A stretch of 64,000 nt of DNA from Asterionella formosa (Eukaryota). The stretch spans positions 1 to 64,000 of the forward strand of contig NKIB01011255.1 in the NCBI GenBank assembly GCA_002256025.1, in the 5' to 3' direction. A program made the position numbers and the translations under genes. This document shows, piece by piece, positions 27,451 to 40,071 of the stretch (the first letter of the stretch is position 1; every line of letters begins with the position of its first letter). A model generated the notes under the pieces. It saw only the letters and a list, made by a program, of their open reading frames with translations, did no database searches and was not told the origin of the DNA.

Positions 27451-28023
27451 TCAAATATCCCATTCTTCATGTGTTGCTATTGCTAGCTATTACTAAGGGA
27501 GCAAAATCAGAACCAAAATGTGTATAAGTATTGTCATGCTGTAGATATAAATTGCTGCAATTATTTCTTCACTATTGTATTTCAGAGGACGACCAGCAGA
27601 GAATTTGCGGGAAAGCGATGCAAACACGTCACTATCACCATTTTAATAGGAATCGAACGCGCATTTCCAAATACATTGAATGGTTGTTTTATCTAGCCTA
27701 CTTTGAACTGTCCCGCCAAATATTTAATGGTACAATGCACTAAAACGAACTGACTATCTATTTCATCCCCTCGATCGGGTCCTCTTTTGAGGTTCCGTAT
27801 TCCATAATACAACACAAGTTGACGCACTTCTGGAGTTACTAGATCCTTTCTCACATACTTGTTGAGAAGAGTCTGTAGCAAGAAAATGGGGGGTCGGCCA
27901 TCTGCATTTACTCGAGATCTGCAAAAGGAAGTGGAAATCGAAAAAGCCCAAAAATGTTTTTTTCAAATGCATTTGGCAATTTTAATTTCTCTATATACAT
28001 ATATTGTTATATACATGCATCTG

Positions 28024-28408
28024 AGGGAATGGCTTAGTGATTTAGCACGTTGCCTTTGATCTGAGGTTGTGCGGTTCGATTTTCACAAATTTTTTGAGAA
28101 GCAATTGTTGGGTTCGACTCCCAGACCCACACTCCTTACCATCCCGCATGGTCTTGCCTGGTGTGCAAGAAATACCGTAGTGGGTTGCCCCCCTACAAGC
28201 AGCAGCTTGTACCGCCTTCCTAAGCGGTCAGAGTTTCCCCTAATGCTGCGACTACGACGAACACCTTTCTCAAAAGGTGGTTGGGGACTCACCTATGCTA
28301 ACAAAACCAGGGAAGCACAGGTCTTGTCTGCAGGTGGTAGTATAATGAAATACTTGCCTATAGAAATGTGGGAGTACGAATGAACTATAAAACATACTAA
28401 CCTTCTTA
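28024..28408 (+). mobile_element. tRNA-derived SINE-like element, copy 1
   Basis: A box TGGCTTAGTGA, CTTTGA loop, B box GGTTCGATT, second B-box-like GGTTCGACTCC; colinear with 43797-44166. Confidence 0.7.
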
Positions 28409-31043
28409 AAGATCCGTAGCTTTGAGCAAGCCACATGATAGAGAAATTAAGGGGGAGAAAATCATAGGAGTCAAAATGTCCCAGGAGAAATTTGAATTAT
28501 TGATGCAACTATTATAGGACAGAGGGGGCAATTGAGTTGGAGATAATCATAGGAGTCAAAATGGGCCTGAAAAAAATTGATTGATCGATGGAACTATTAT
28601 TGGATGGAAGGAGTGCTAAGCAGTAGTATTGCTCCATGTGATAAATGCAAGCCCATGAATAGTGAGGCAGAGCAAACAAAAATAAAATGAAGTAAATGCA
28701 AACATCATCAAAACTTACATAAAAAAATCAAACATACCCCCTGTAATCATGTGTCTGCATACTACTGCTACATAGTAGTTTTACCGCAATATCTTTTATT
28801 AGTAACCTGAAGTTTGACCAACCCAGTATTGAAGCCACCTGGTACATTTATAAATCTACAAGGTAGACTACTGGTAGACGCCTGACTGTTGCAGTGGGCG
28901 GTTCATGCAAGTTGCGGAAATTTTGCTGAACTAAGGATTTAGCTGTCTTTATCCAATATTAAATTGTTTTATTTGAGCAAAATAACCGCATATGGTTGTT
29001 GTAATACCTTCAACTTGCGGTCATTTTTCTGAAACAAACAATGTGTCACCGGACAGCAACATGTATTATAATGTATTAAAAGAACATTTTCTATTCATTG
29101 CACGATTCAGCGAAATAAACAGCGGAATTCTTCTAATTGCAAAAACGAGAACACACAGCATATGAATATGACTTTCAGGAAACTTCAGGAAAGGTTAGGA
29201 AATGCGTCAGGAAAGGTTAGGAAATGCGTAAGAAAATTTCAGGAAATGCATGGAATTTCCTGAAGTCTCTAAAATTATTCTTTCAGGCCAGAGTGAAAAA
29301 CAGCATATCCTTCGTTCTGTATTCTTTAATGTACCAGGTACCCTACCGGTAATAGTTATGATCATTTGAAATCCTGGTAGTGGTGTTCCTAACTATTATA
29401 TGCAGTATATATATTCAGTCTGTAGCCTCAAAGTGCCCCTAACCATACAAGAAAAGCTAATCATTATTTCCTTTAGTTTGCTATCATTTACCCTGTTTAT
29501 GAGGTCACTCATACTACTCAAAGCACCACCATTGTCAATCAATTGACATAGTTACTCCGAGTACTCCGTACCAGGTTAGTGCTATACCGGTAGATATATT
29601 ATCTAAAGAAAAGAATCCAATAATCTAAGCTAAATAATTACCGGTATATACAAGTGTTTACGAGTGCTACCTCGGGTACCAGTACCAGGTACGATGGTAC
29701 CACGTTACCAGGTACCCTGAGCTTCATGAGTCCAGCCACCAGCACCATGCAAACGGTGGAATTGTGTAATAGTTATATTGGGTAAGACTAGTTGTCACTT
29801 ATGATGACGCTAGCATGCAAATATTTCAATTCCTAATAGATATACCGGTAGAACCGTTCATTATTGGTTGTTTTCATCACTTCGGCCGGAAGAGGAGAAA
29901 GATTTTGAGTTTGGAGAGAATAGAGCAACGTAAGCAAGATTTGCTTACTTTTGCTTCGGGCCGCCCCTCTATTGCCCCAGTCATTGTCATTTTCTTTTTT
30001 CAGCCAATTGCCTCGTTTTGACGTATCCATGTTTAGACGAAATAATTATTTACGTCACTAACTAGTCGTGATACTTTACCGGTAGTCGTTTTGAGTGCCT
30101 GTCCTGCGTCATGTTGTCCATTTCAGCAAGATGACCGCAACTTGCTGGTCTTGGTAGCCAGTTTTGTATGCCATCCAAAATATTTTTGCACCTGAAATTA
30201 TGAAATGTGAAGGTACTGCATTGTATTCATATGCAAGCAGGCACAGCTTTTAGCCATACACTGTTGCATGAAAGACGAATACCGGTATATGATGATATAA
30301 GAATTACAGTTGCCTGCATTAGATATATTGTTGTGAAATTCCTTCAATTGTTGTTGTTTTAGCTAGCCAAGTCGTAACAAGAATCAATGAATCATTTTTC
30401 TAGCACAAATCTAGTTTGTACAAAACAAAAACAGAATTTCTAGTGATGATTGTTACTGTACATCTATCATAGTTCGAAGTGAGAAATTATCCCTTTGGCG
30501 TCATAAATGTAGAGAACTCCTTTTCAGTTTGTACTTAAAAAGCAAGAATTTCACTTTTTTCCAAGAACAGGTTTGTTGTTTCATTTCTATTTGCTGTCAT
30601 TTCCCAGTGCAACATTTGCTGTTGTGTTTTCATACCTCCCTTTAGAGCGACTTTGGCTTCTTGACTTGGCAGATTGTTCACTCCTACTTTTTATACTTTA
30701 CAGCAGAAGTTTATCTTAACATATTGCACAAAAAAGCTCTGCTCCTATCCTTGTCAAAATAGTAATAATCATGTTGTACTGTATGTCTTCATTGAATTGA
30801 TTGTATACTGAGAAAATCAGGAGTAACATCCAAAGATCAAACTGATCACCAACTGAACGGGCGTCTTTTGTCTACAAACAGCAATGTCATTTCTCAATCA
30901 ACACACAGAAAATGGTCCACCCCTTCTCCTAATGTAGTGCCAAAGTGCCAAGCAATCATATTTGCTCCAACTACTTGCACACACTCTCTCTTTCTTGTAT
31001 CTATAAATGTTTCTATCCTCATCAATTTGTGCATCAAGAACAA

Positions 31044-32422
31044 TTAATCAAATGGTCTTCTCCTTCCAGGATATCCTTTGCTATCAAGTTCAAAATGCCA
31101 TTCAACATGTTCCTCAGCTGACAAACCAATACGGTCTGTCATATTTTGCAAGGGGAGAATTGAAAAGGGCTCCTCTAATTGAATGGCAAGTTCATCAATA
31201 CCAAAGAAAAAGAAAGAAATCACTGCACAGGTTGGGATGAGACCAATGTGATTCCAGGTCTAGTTTTTAAAAACGTTTGAGAGGGGTTTAGTATCATTCC
31301 TGTTTTTCAGGAATGTGAAAAAATTTCATTTGATGTGCAAAATCGTATAAACTTACACTATCAAAGGAAGACCACAGACCCAAAGGCAATCCCAACATCC
31401 ATCCACTCAAGAATCGGGATGTGTGTCTTGTGTACTTTAGTGGAACTGGCGAAGAAAATATGCGATCGCACGCTCCCATGGCATTGGCAAATTCCACACA
31501 GCTCCTATCAATTTCAATTCTGCGCAAATAAGTCATTGGCAAATCATTTATGGCATTCGAGAGCTCAAAGAGTGCTCGACTGGGCTTATGACGAGCGTCA
31601 ATAAGCCCTTGTGCCATTTTGGGAGGTAGCCGTTCCCTCACTGCCTCGCAATATGCACACTGGTCTTCGATGCTACCCAACAGATGACGTTGGAGGGATC
31701 GAGAAAATGACCAAATGGTTATCGACAATCGTTCCAACGCCGCACGACGTTTGGCGGGATCAGGCTCAGTCTCTTCACTGATCCACGAGGCCCCCATTCT
31801 CGCAATGTTACTGGAGTGGTTAACAATGCTACCCCATGCCTTGCGAGCTTCATCCCAGCGACCGTACGAAGAGTCAGTTTTGAAGACTAATGGTATGTGT
31901 GTGTGAGGATAATTGATTGTATGCAAAATGATAAGACGGCGGAATCAGGTAGGGCTACTTACCCAACAATAAACCTAATGCCGGAGTAGAAAGCGTAAAG
32001 GGCTCATATGGTAATTCCATCAATTGTAGATTAGGCAGGAGCGCAGCATGGTGCAACCCTGAAAAATCGACATATCCTTCCACCAACAGAGCATTCCAAA
32101 GAACCACAAAGGCAGCCGTTCCCACAACGAATCCAACTGCTGTTGACAGTTGACGAACGACCCCAGAGTCCGCTGCGCTGAGAACGAGTCTCATGAATCG
32201 ATCATCGGATCGATGATTCAACCAGTCGTCATGCGTGTAGAATGTGCGACGGTACTTTCTCGAGGTTTCCCCGTAGGTTTGCTCAGGTGCTGGAGTAGTC
32301 TCGTCGATGGAAGCCGAAAGTTGTGCAAGACTGCGAAGTTGACGCTGTTCTTGCACCGCGGTGAACGCAGTTGATGAATGCATCACGAGGAGGAGGGCCA
32401 ATCGCAAAGGAAACATCATCAT
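31044..32422 (-). CDS. Plastid bestrophin-like channel, copy B, 3 exons
   Basis: Exons 32422-31963, 31886-31357, 31259-31044 (last exon translated by hand: TWNHIGLIP..GIDELAIQLEEPF..RRPFD*); STA/F presequence. Confidence 0.9.
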
Positions 32423-33668
32423 TTTCGTCAATGCAGGTGACTTATAAAATTACTTTTGTGACTTCTCGTTTTATCACAAAATGTAACGGTCATAATGGAT
32501 GGACTCTGGTAATTTTGCCGCACTGAAGAGCTGTACCGGTATTGTATCATCATTGTTCCTTAATCATTTTTTGCCGATGGTCTTCTTCGTCGTTATATAT
32601 CATCATGTTCAGCTCTCCGCCGGTCCATGCTCTCCTTTTTTCGTTGCATTTGCCATCACGGTGACGCCATCACTTCGAATTCACGACTCAATCATCAACT
32701 ATACTACCGGTACCGGTAGTACCTCGTATTTTGTGGGACTCACAAGAGTTCAACGCACACTAGCTGGTACAGTCCTATTCTAGATGCCAGCCGGTACCTC
32801 TTCAGGCTCCGAATTGTCTTTCACTACGCCTTGGATTCCTGATGTCTCAGGCATAATGCATATTGCATTATGTATACCAGATGCTGGTTCCAGTTAAAAA
32901 CTGTAAGCCACTGTTGTTTTACTCCATCTTCCAAATGAAAATGTTTAAGTAATATAACTATCGAAACCTGATGCAAGTTACTACTAAGTGTATGTTAGAC
33001 GATGCACTCCACTCAACGAATAAGTTATCATTTTTGATTCAGTGTATTGAGCCATGGAGATCTAATTTTTTCAAAGTCTGTAAGATTGTCGGATAATGGT
33101 GACTTATTTTTACAGTGCATATTTTTCTACACGTACATCAGTATATTTTCCCCCCAAACAACCGTGATTATTTTTACTCCGTTTTATGCTACAGAAATTC
33201 TTCGTATTACTTTAACTGTCATGCGCGATACAAGATGCGTTATGCGCTTGCATAATTTCTAAATTCTTCTCACGCATTCCGGGTACTGGTAGTGTGTTCG
33301 AAAACACAGTGACGTCGTACCCTTATTTAATTGTGCTAAATTAATTCTGTCATTTTTGTCCATGTACACATACCAATTATTTTCACAACAGATTTTCAGC
33401 CATCAAATTGAGCGGACCTTGGTATATTAAGTGTTTCGTAAAATGGCCAACCAACACCAAGAAATTTGACAGAATCAAATTTACCAAGTGACCTACAAAA
33501 AATCCTTTCGCTAGAAGCTATATACGTTGGGGTTCAACTTTCAGGGAATTTTGATAACTAACTATTCAAAAACAAGTGCTTTGTAGCTCAATTGTTATGT
33601 ACTGTGACTGTATCACTTACTGACTTGCACCCTTGTCATCCAGACATGGAGGTATACTTGTGTACTCT

Positions 33669-35109
33669 CTAAAACAAATCTCTAGATCGAGATGCCTCGG
33701 CCATGGAATCAGCAACCAAAAACTTTGTGGTTCCTCCATTCACGCGTCGGCCAGGGTTATCAAGTTCAAAATGCCAGTCAGCATATTCCTTGGCAGACAA
33801 GCCCATACCTGACGTCATGTTGGCCAAGGGAAGAATTGAGAATGGTTCTTCCAATTGAACAGCCAGTTCTTCAATACCGAAAAAGAAGAAGGAGATAATG
33901 GCCATGACTGGAATGAGTCCAACATGGTTCCAGGTCTGTGACATACCGGTTTACAGTGGAGAAATACAATGTCAAAAGAATGAAAATCAGAACTGCTTGT
34001 TCTCACACGAATTACAGCAAATCAACAACTTACATTACCAAAGGATGACCACAAACCTAATGGAAGTCCAGTAATCCATCCCCCCAAGAATCTTGCCGTG
34101 TGCCTTGTGTACACAAGGGGAATCGGAGACGTGAAGATACGATCGCAGGCTCCCATGGCATTTGCGAATTCTACACAACTCTTATCGAGTTCAATGCGGC
34201 GCAAGTAAGTCATGGGCAAATCATTAATGGCATTGGAAAGTTCGTAGAGAGCTCGGCTTGGTTTGTGACGAGCCACGATGAGTCCCTCGGCCATCTTGGG
34301 AGGGCAACGTTCTCTCACATCCTTGCAATACTCTTCGCCATCTTCCACTTCCCCCAACAAATGACGTTGTAGCGATCTTGGAAACGACCAAATGGTCACA
34401 GCCAAGCGGTCCAATGAAGCGCGTCTCTTGGCAGGATCAGGCTCGGCCTCTTCACTGGTCCATGAGGCCCCCATTCTGGCAATGTTGCGGGCGTGATTGA
34501 CAACAAGACCCCATGCTTTGCGTGCTTCGTCCCACCGTCCGTAGGAAGCGTTGGTTTTGAAGACTTTATTGAAGAAATAAGCATCATGTGTGAGAACAAG
34601 GATTTACTGCATGGACCGAATTCCGTAAATTGGAAATGTTACTCACCCAATAACAAGCCCAACGCTGGACTGGACAGAGTGAAGGGTTCAATAGGCAGCT
34701 TCATCAATGGTAGGCCCTGAAAAATAGGATCATGCTTTACACCCGTAAAGTCCACGAATCCCTCGCCCAACAGACAGTTCCAGGCCACGACAAAGGTCGC
34801 GGTTGCGACAACGAATCCAATTTCCTTGGCCAGTTGACGAACGACACCCGATTCCACTATGGAGACAAGGTTCCTTACAAAGCGATCTTCGGATCTGTGC
34901 TTTAACCAGTCTTTGTGAGTGAAGAAGGAGCGACGGAACTTTCTGGAGGTTTCTCCATAGGATTTCTCACTAGGTGGCTTCACTGAAGCTGCTGAGAGCT
35001 GCACCAGATTATTGCTCGCAGTCGTTCGCGGGCGCGACGTGAAGGCACCGGATGGATTCATTGCGAACAGGAGTAGCAAGCTCATCATAAGTTTGGTTGG
35101 AGACTTCAT
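33669..35109 (-). CDS. Plastid bestrophin-like channel, copy C, 3 exons
   Basis: Exons 35109-34647, 34563-34034, 33935-33669; SGA/F presequence; same motifs and intron positions as copies A and B. Confidence 0.93.
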
Positions 35110-35404
35110 GATTACTTTCTGCTTCAGAGTTCTGCTCAGAACAACTCTTTGATCAATGGAGGGAGAGATGAACAATTGGGGTAGAGAAATAAATGAGAAA
35201 TAATTTTAAAACAACAGAATACAGTACTACCGGTACCCATACATATAATTGCTGTGCATAATCATACGCAAACTGTATATACCCGCATGCAATGTATCAG
35301 AATATCTAGACATCACGTGAATCTTTTGTTACAACGCAAAGTGCAGGCGGGCAGCAGCGGGCAGGTACATACCGGTTTATACGTATTGATGTATGTTACT
35401 GCTT

Positions 35405-35539
35405 ACGTCACTCCTTGTCAGCAACGACGTCAGCGGAAGTGTTTATCATTGTTGGCTTCCTCATCTTTTTTCGTCATCGGGTTCGGCCACCGCCGTGATG
35501 GTCAAAGCGCGCATTACGTAGGTTGAAGTCTTGACGTCA
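35405..35539. promoter_or_regulatory. CRE/CCRE-like bZIP motifs upstream of bestrophin C
   Basis: ACGTCA 35405, ACGTCA 35427, perfect palindrome TGACGTCA 35532. Confidence 0.6.
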
Positions 35540-36881
35540 GCCAATATTATGTACAAGGAGTGAAGTCCCGGTACTACTAGGTAACATATCAGTTTTACCA
35601 CATACACGGAGGTCATATGACAGCTTGGTACATATGAGGAATTCAACGTACTGGTACCAGTATCATACTACAAGACGGAATCCAGAATCCATTTGTATGA
35701 CTCACTTGATGTTGTTTGAATTGATGAAATTGCTACATAAATAATGCATGTATGAAATCGTACATGGTTTTCCACGGTTCAACTGGGGCATACATAGTGC
35801 TCAATGCACAACATGTAACTTACGTCTAGACTTTTGAGTAAGTACTAGGTACCAGCATGATGCTGTTTCAAGGTGTTTGATACAACTGTCCATCATGACA
35901 ACAATGAATGCAAAATTCAGTTGGGGTCTACTGACAGCCAGTTCAACTCGAAAAATGAAACACGATTTAATTTGCATCAACTTGTTAAAATGAGGACCAA
36001 CTTATTTTTGAGTTGTTGGATGACTCTACAGTCATAACAAAAAAAGTAACTCATATGGAAAGCGAAATTTTATTTGGGTTTGCTGAGCGACAGATTATTA
36101 AAATTCAAATTATAATTTGGGTTGAGTTGAGTTTGACAAGTTTTATTTGAAGAAGAGAAGATTGACATAATTTACCATCAAACATTGAAAGTGATTCTGT
36201 TGATTATTACCAATTTATGTTAGCATGATGGAGGGGAAAATTGTGATACAAGGAAATAATACATGAATAGCAAATCTTGGTGTACTACTGGTACTTACCT
36301 AGCTAACTTGTTTTGATTATGCATATGGACCTACATCAACTACTAAATGCGTTTGTGCAAGGCCTAACAAGCGCAACAAACAGTCGCCATGAGGATGATT
36401 AATGGGAGCAGCCATCACGTCATGCAACAATGAAATGATGATGCATAAAATTGTGTTGATCATGATGGGGGTATGTCAATGTTTAGTCGTACTAATCGAT
36501 CGAACGTAGCGAAATAGTGGTTCAAAGCAGTTTCTAACTTGTACTGGGTACTGTATGGAAGTACCTGGTACCAGGTACCCCCCCCCACCAATGCTACATA
36601 GGCGGATATATCTTCTGATAGGTACCTAATAGTACCTGGAAGGTCTGGTAGCGCACATTTTATGTGCACCTTTTCAGTTTTGACCCACTCAAAATGATTC
36701 GTCTTATGCCTGCCAGATGAGATAGGACAGCTTTCGATGGAAATCATAATCCTTTATTGACCGATGACGATTGGCAGAATCAGTCTCTGAACACGACTCG
36801 GATTTGCTGACTGATGAACCTGTTCAGCAAACCGTTTTCTAGCTTCGGAATGTAAATAGGAATCATCTCTTTTTAAAGGGT

Positions 36882-36948
36882 AGAACTTGCTGACAACGAC
36901 TAGAATTTGCTGACAATGACTAAAATTTGCTGACAACGACTAGAACTT
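36882..36948. repeat. 20-bp tandem repeat x3; related array at 38370-38420
   Basis: (TGCTGACAAYGACTAGAATT)n. Confidence 0.8.
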
Positions 36949-38900
36949 GTGGATACGAATAGATTTTCTGAATAACCCTTATGCCTATGAAGTATATGCA
37001 TGAACAGACACAACCACTACCCCTGATAGCCTTGCCAATACTATGAACATAGGTAACATTATATCTATATACATGGTCACAGTCACTATCACGCCTAATG
37101 CAACAGCCTAACATCTGCGGTAACAGGCGCCACTATATTTGTAATATCATAAATATCACATATACTATGGCCATGCACATATGATATATGCTCAGGATAC
37201 CCAATGTAGCCCTTGTAGACGATAATATATAATTGTTTAGATTAGATGTTGCGATTTTTTTTATGTATTAAGCGCTACAATGTAGGAGTAGTTCTTGTGA
37301 GTGGCTGAAGAATCCTGCATCATGCTATCTCCGCCTTGACTATGATGAAAATAGCGAATTTCTCCACAAAATATGAGAATGATGCTTTGGGTACTACTAT
37401 CTAACACGACATAGATAATACAATCGTAAAAAGTAACTGTAATAACATTGATATTGATAACGAAAATTGAAGTCGCCGATGGCGCATTTTTTCATGTACT
37501 TTAGACAACAATGCACAATTCAAAACGACAAAGTAATGACGAGATTTAACACTTTCACAGTATGCGACCTCTAAACTACAGCAATCTGCAATTCGAACCA
37601 AATTATATTTGATTCTCTTTCTTATATAAGCATATCAATTAATAGTCCATTGAAATTTTCAAAATTACTCTTTTGTTAATAATTACTGATCCAGTTGGTC
37701 ACTACATATGGCCGGATGCATCATGAAACTACATTGGGTAGCCATCGTAGCTACCGGTACAAAATAATTTTGGCTACCAGTACAACATAATTTTAGCTCA
37801 AGTAAAATGTTCTATATAAATAACATACATATGTATAAAGTTTTTGCACACATGCATCCGTGATCTTGTTGTTGTCGACGTTGCATTCATTCATGACAAA
37901 CACGAAATTGAAGTCCAGCCATTGCGCAGCGATGGGTGCGTGTGAAATCGTTGTTGTATCTTCATTGCAACTTCTACATGATGTTATTTGAGACATTCCT
38001 GTAAAAAATTTCAACTCCAGCTTGCCCACTATCAAGCTCAAGAGGGTGAAACCATTGGTCACCATGTAGGCGTGGATCTCTGTGCCCAACAAAAAATAGT
38101 TCATATAAAAAGCAAAATGTGTCGTCCTGTGCCGCTTCCGGTGTTTAATAGTAGCGCTACTCATGGAGGAAAGAAAGCTATTTGAAGCGGCACGGGAGGA
38201 TGTTCTATTGTTGAGTAAAGCAACAGAATAATAACAACATGGTGGATGTGATTATAACATGCCAATCCAGGCGCAAAATATTATATACCATAGGTTTAGG
38301 GTTTATGCTAACACTAGGCCTACAGGGTAGGGTCTACGCGGTGGCCCCAAAAATTGCATCCAGCCATATGACTAGAAATCTGCTGACAATGACTAGAATT
38401 TGCTGACTACGACTAGAAGTTACTGATTGGTGAATTCAATTAGTAAACCAACTTCCAGTTGCTGAATACCAATACCAGTAGGAGTAGCTAGGTGAAAACA
38501 ATATCAATGATCAGAGCACGACTTGGATTTAATGATTTTTAATTAAACGTAACTGTATAGAAACTTACTCAAGGGACTTTGGAATGGAAAGCCACCCTAT
38601 CTTGTCCGGTAGGGATGGGACGAGTCATTGGGAGTGAGTCGAAACTGAATACCGGTACTGGTAAGCAAGTGCGTATGAAACGTGCGCTACCAGGCTTTCC
38701 TGGTACCAGGTAGTACCAGGTACCACCATCAGGGACGTCACAGAAGTTTTTTTACAGATACATCCTTGTGTCGTACATTCTGGTATTCCGGTAAATCCGT
38801 GAACATGTCGTGAAGAATATGCACTGTTTCCATTTCGTCTCCTTCCTTCGCATTCTGCCAATGATATTCAAAATCGCATCTGAGCAGCACCCCACTCATT

Positions 38901-39755
38901 ATGGTAACGATGATAGATTCTACAAGAGTGCATGCGCATCTGACATCGGCAGTTCTCGTAGCTTTGTTCTTGATCCAAGCAACGAACGCGTTTATGATTC
39001 ATAGTAGATCACATCAGCTTCATCCTGCAGTTCCCCGTATGTCGTCGTCGCCTGCCGAAGATTCAATTGACCTCTCACTGGATGAACGCTTGTACCGGGT
39101 CAAGATATCTCGCGCCACTGGCATTGAATGGGGTACCGACCTATCTTTTCGTTTCGTGTACGTTAGAGCCTTAGAACCAGCCGGTGCTGCCGACGTTCTC
39201 GGTATCATATCTAAAGGTGATCAGCTGTGCGAGTGTCGTCCAATCAATGGCGCTGCAACTAATTTAATGGGTGCTCCCTTTGATTTCGTTATGGATACTT
39301 TTGGTAGTTTAGGAAAAGATGTCAAAGTATTGGAATTGGTATTCTTTCGAGGCACCAAGGATCAACTCAAAGCTGCGTGCGAAGGAGGGAGTGCCAACAG
39401 CGAGCCAGACAAAATTACAATCACTGTCATCAGCAACAAGGGAAGTCCCGAGGAACGTACCCAATTCATTCAAGCTCCCGCTGGTTCTAATATTCGTCAA
39501 GTATGCGTTGACAACGGTATTAATGTGTATCAATCTGTGACACGGTGGACCAATTGCAAAGGCAAGCAATTGTGTGGCACCTGCATTGTTAACACCAAAG
39601 AGGGAAGTATCAATACGAATCGAAAGTCGATGGACGAAGAGTCCACCTTGAGAGAAAATCCAGATTCGTATCGACTGTCATGTGTTATGTTCGCCTATGG
39701 TGACGTGACAGTGGAAACCTTCCCTCCAGTAAATGCAGCGCAGTGGACGAGATAG
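38901..39755 (+). CDS. Plastid protein with PDZ-like N-terminal domain and C-terminal 2Fe-2S ferredoxin-like domain
   Basis: TNA/F presequence; GIEW..VYVRALEPAGAA..ISKGDQL (PDZ-like); NCKGKQLCGTC..RLSC iron-sulfur ligand pattern. Confidence 0.85.
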   Translation: MVTMIDSTRVHAHLTSAVLVALFLIQATNAFMIHSRSHQLHPAVPRMSSSPAEDSIDLSLDERLYRVKISRATGIEWGTDLSFRFVYVRALEPAGAADVLGIISKGDQLCECRPINGAATNLMGAPFDFVMDTFGSLGKDVKVLELVFFRGTKDQLKAACEGGSANSEPDKITITVISNKGSPEERTQFIQAPAGSNIRQVCVDNGINVYQSVTRWTNCKGKQLCGTCIVNTKEGSINTNRKSMDEESTLRENPDSYRLSCVMFAYGDVTVETFPPVNAAQWTR

Positions 39756-40071
39756 ACCAACAACATATTCCAATAGTACCGTAGATCTACTGTTTCACCA
39801 TCCTACTTTGTGCCAAATTGATTTTGCTGTAACGTTTCATGAAGGCATTTTGTTGGCCCCGGACATATTGTAGCTCAACATTCGGAACCTTGATGGAATC
39901 CCAAATTACAACAAACAAAATTATGCCAAACTATAGCGCTAAGTGAGGAGCCAATTTTAATTCTCAAATGCATGTTTTGACAAAGCTGAATTGATAATTA
40001 CCCGTTGACATTCTTAAGAAAATCAATTGTTCCACTATTCTACGATTCTAAACACTACAGTATTGTTCTCA

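Noticed and set aside
31044..31259. Bestrophin B as a pseudogene (last exon absent from the ORF track)
   Set aside because: Manual translation gives an intact spliced exon ending in TAA
36795..36840. CTGATGA as a hammerhead ribozyme core
   Set aside because: No correctly placed GAAA and stems I-III
36882..36948. Short direct repeats as a CRISPR array
   Set aside because: Head-to-tail 20-mers with no spacers, no cas genes, eukaryotic context
2553..39755. Operon-like carbon-fixation cluster (RbcX-like, bestrophins, ferredoxin-like)
   Set aside because: Genes are interspersed with unrelated genes over 37 kb and plastid-targeted genes are common; no support without synteny data
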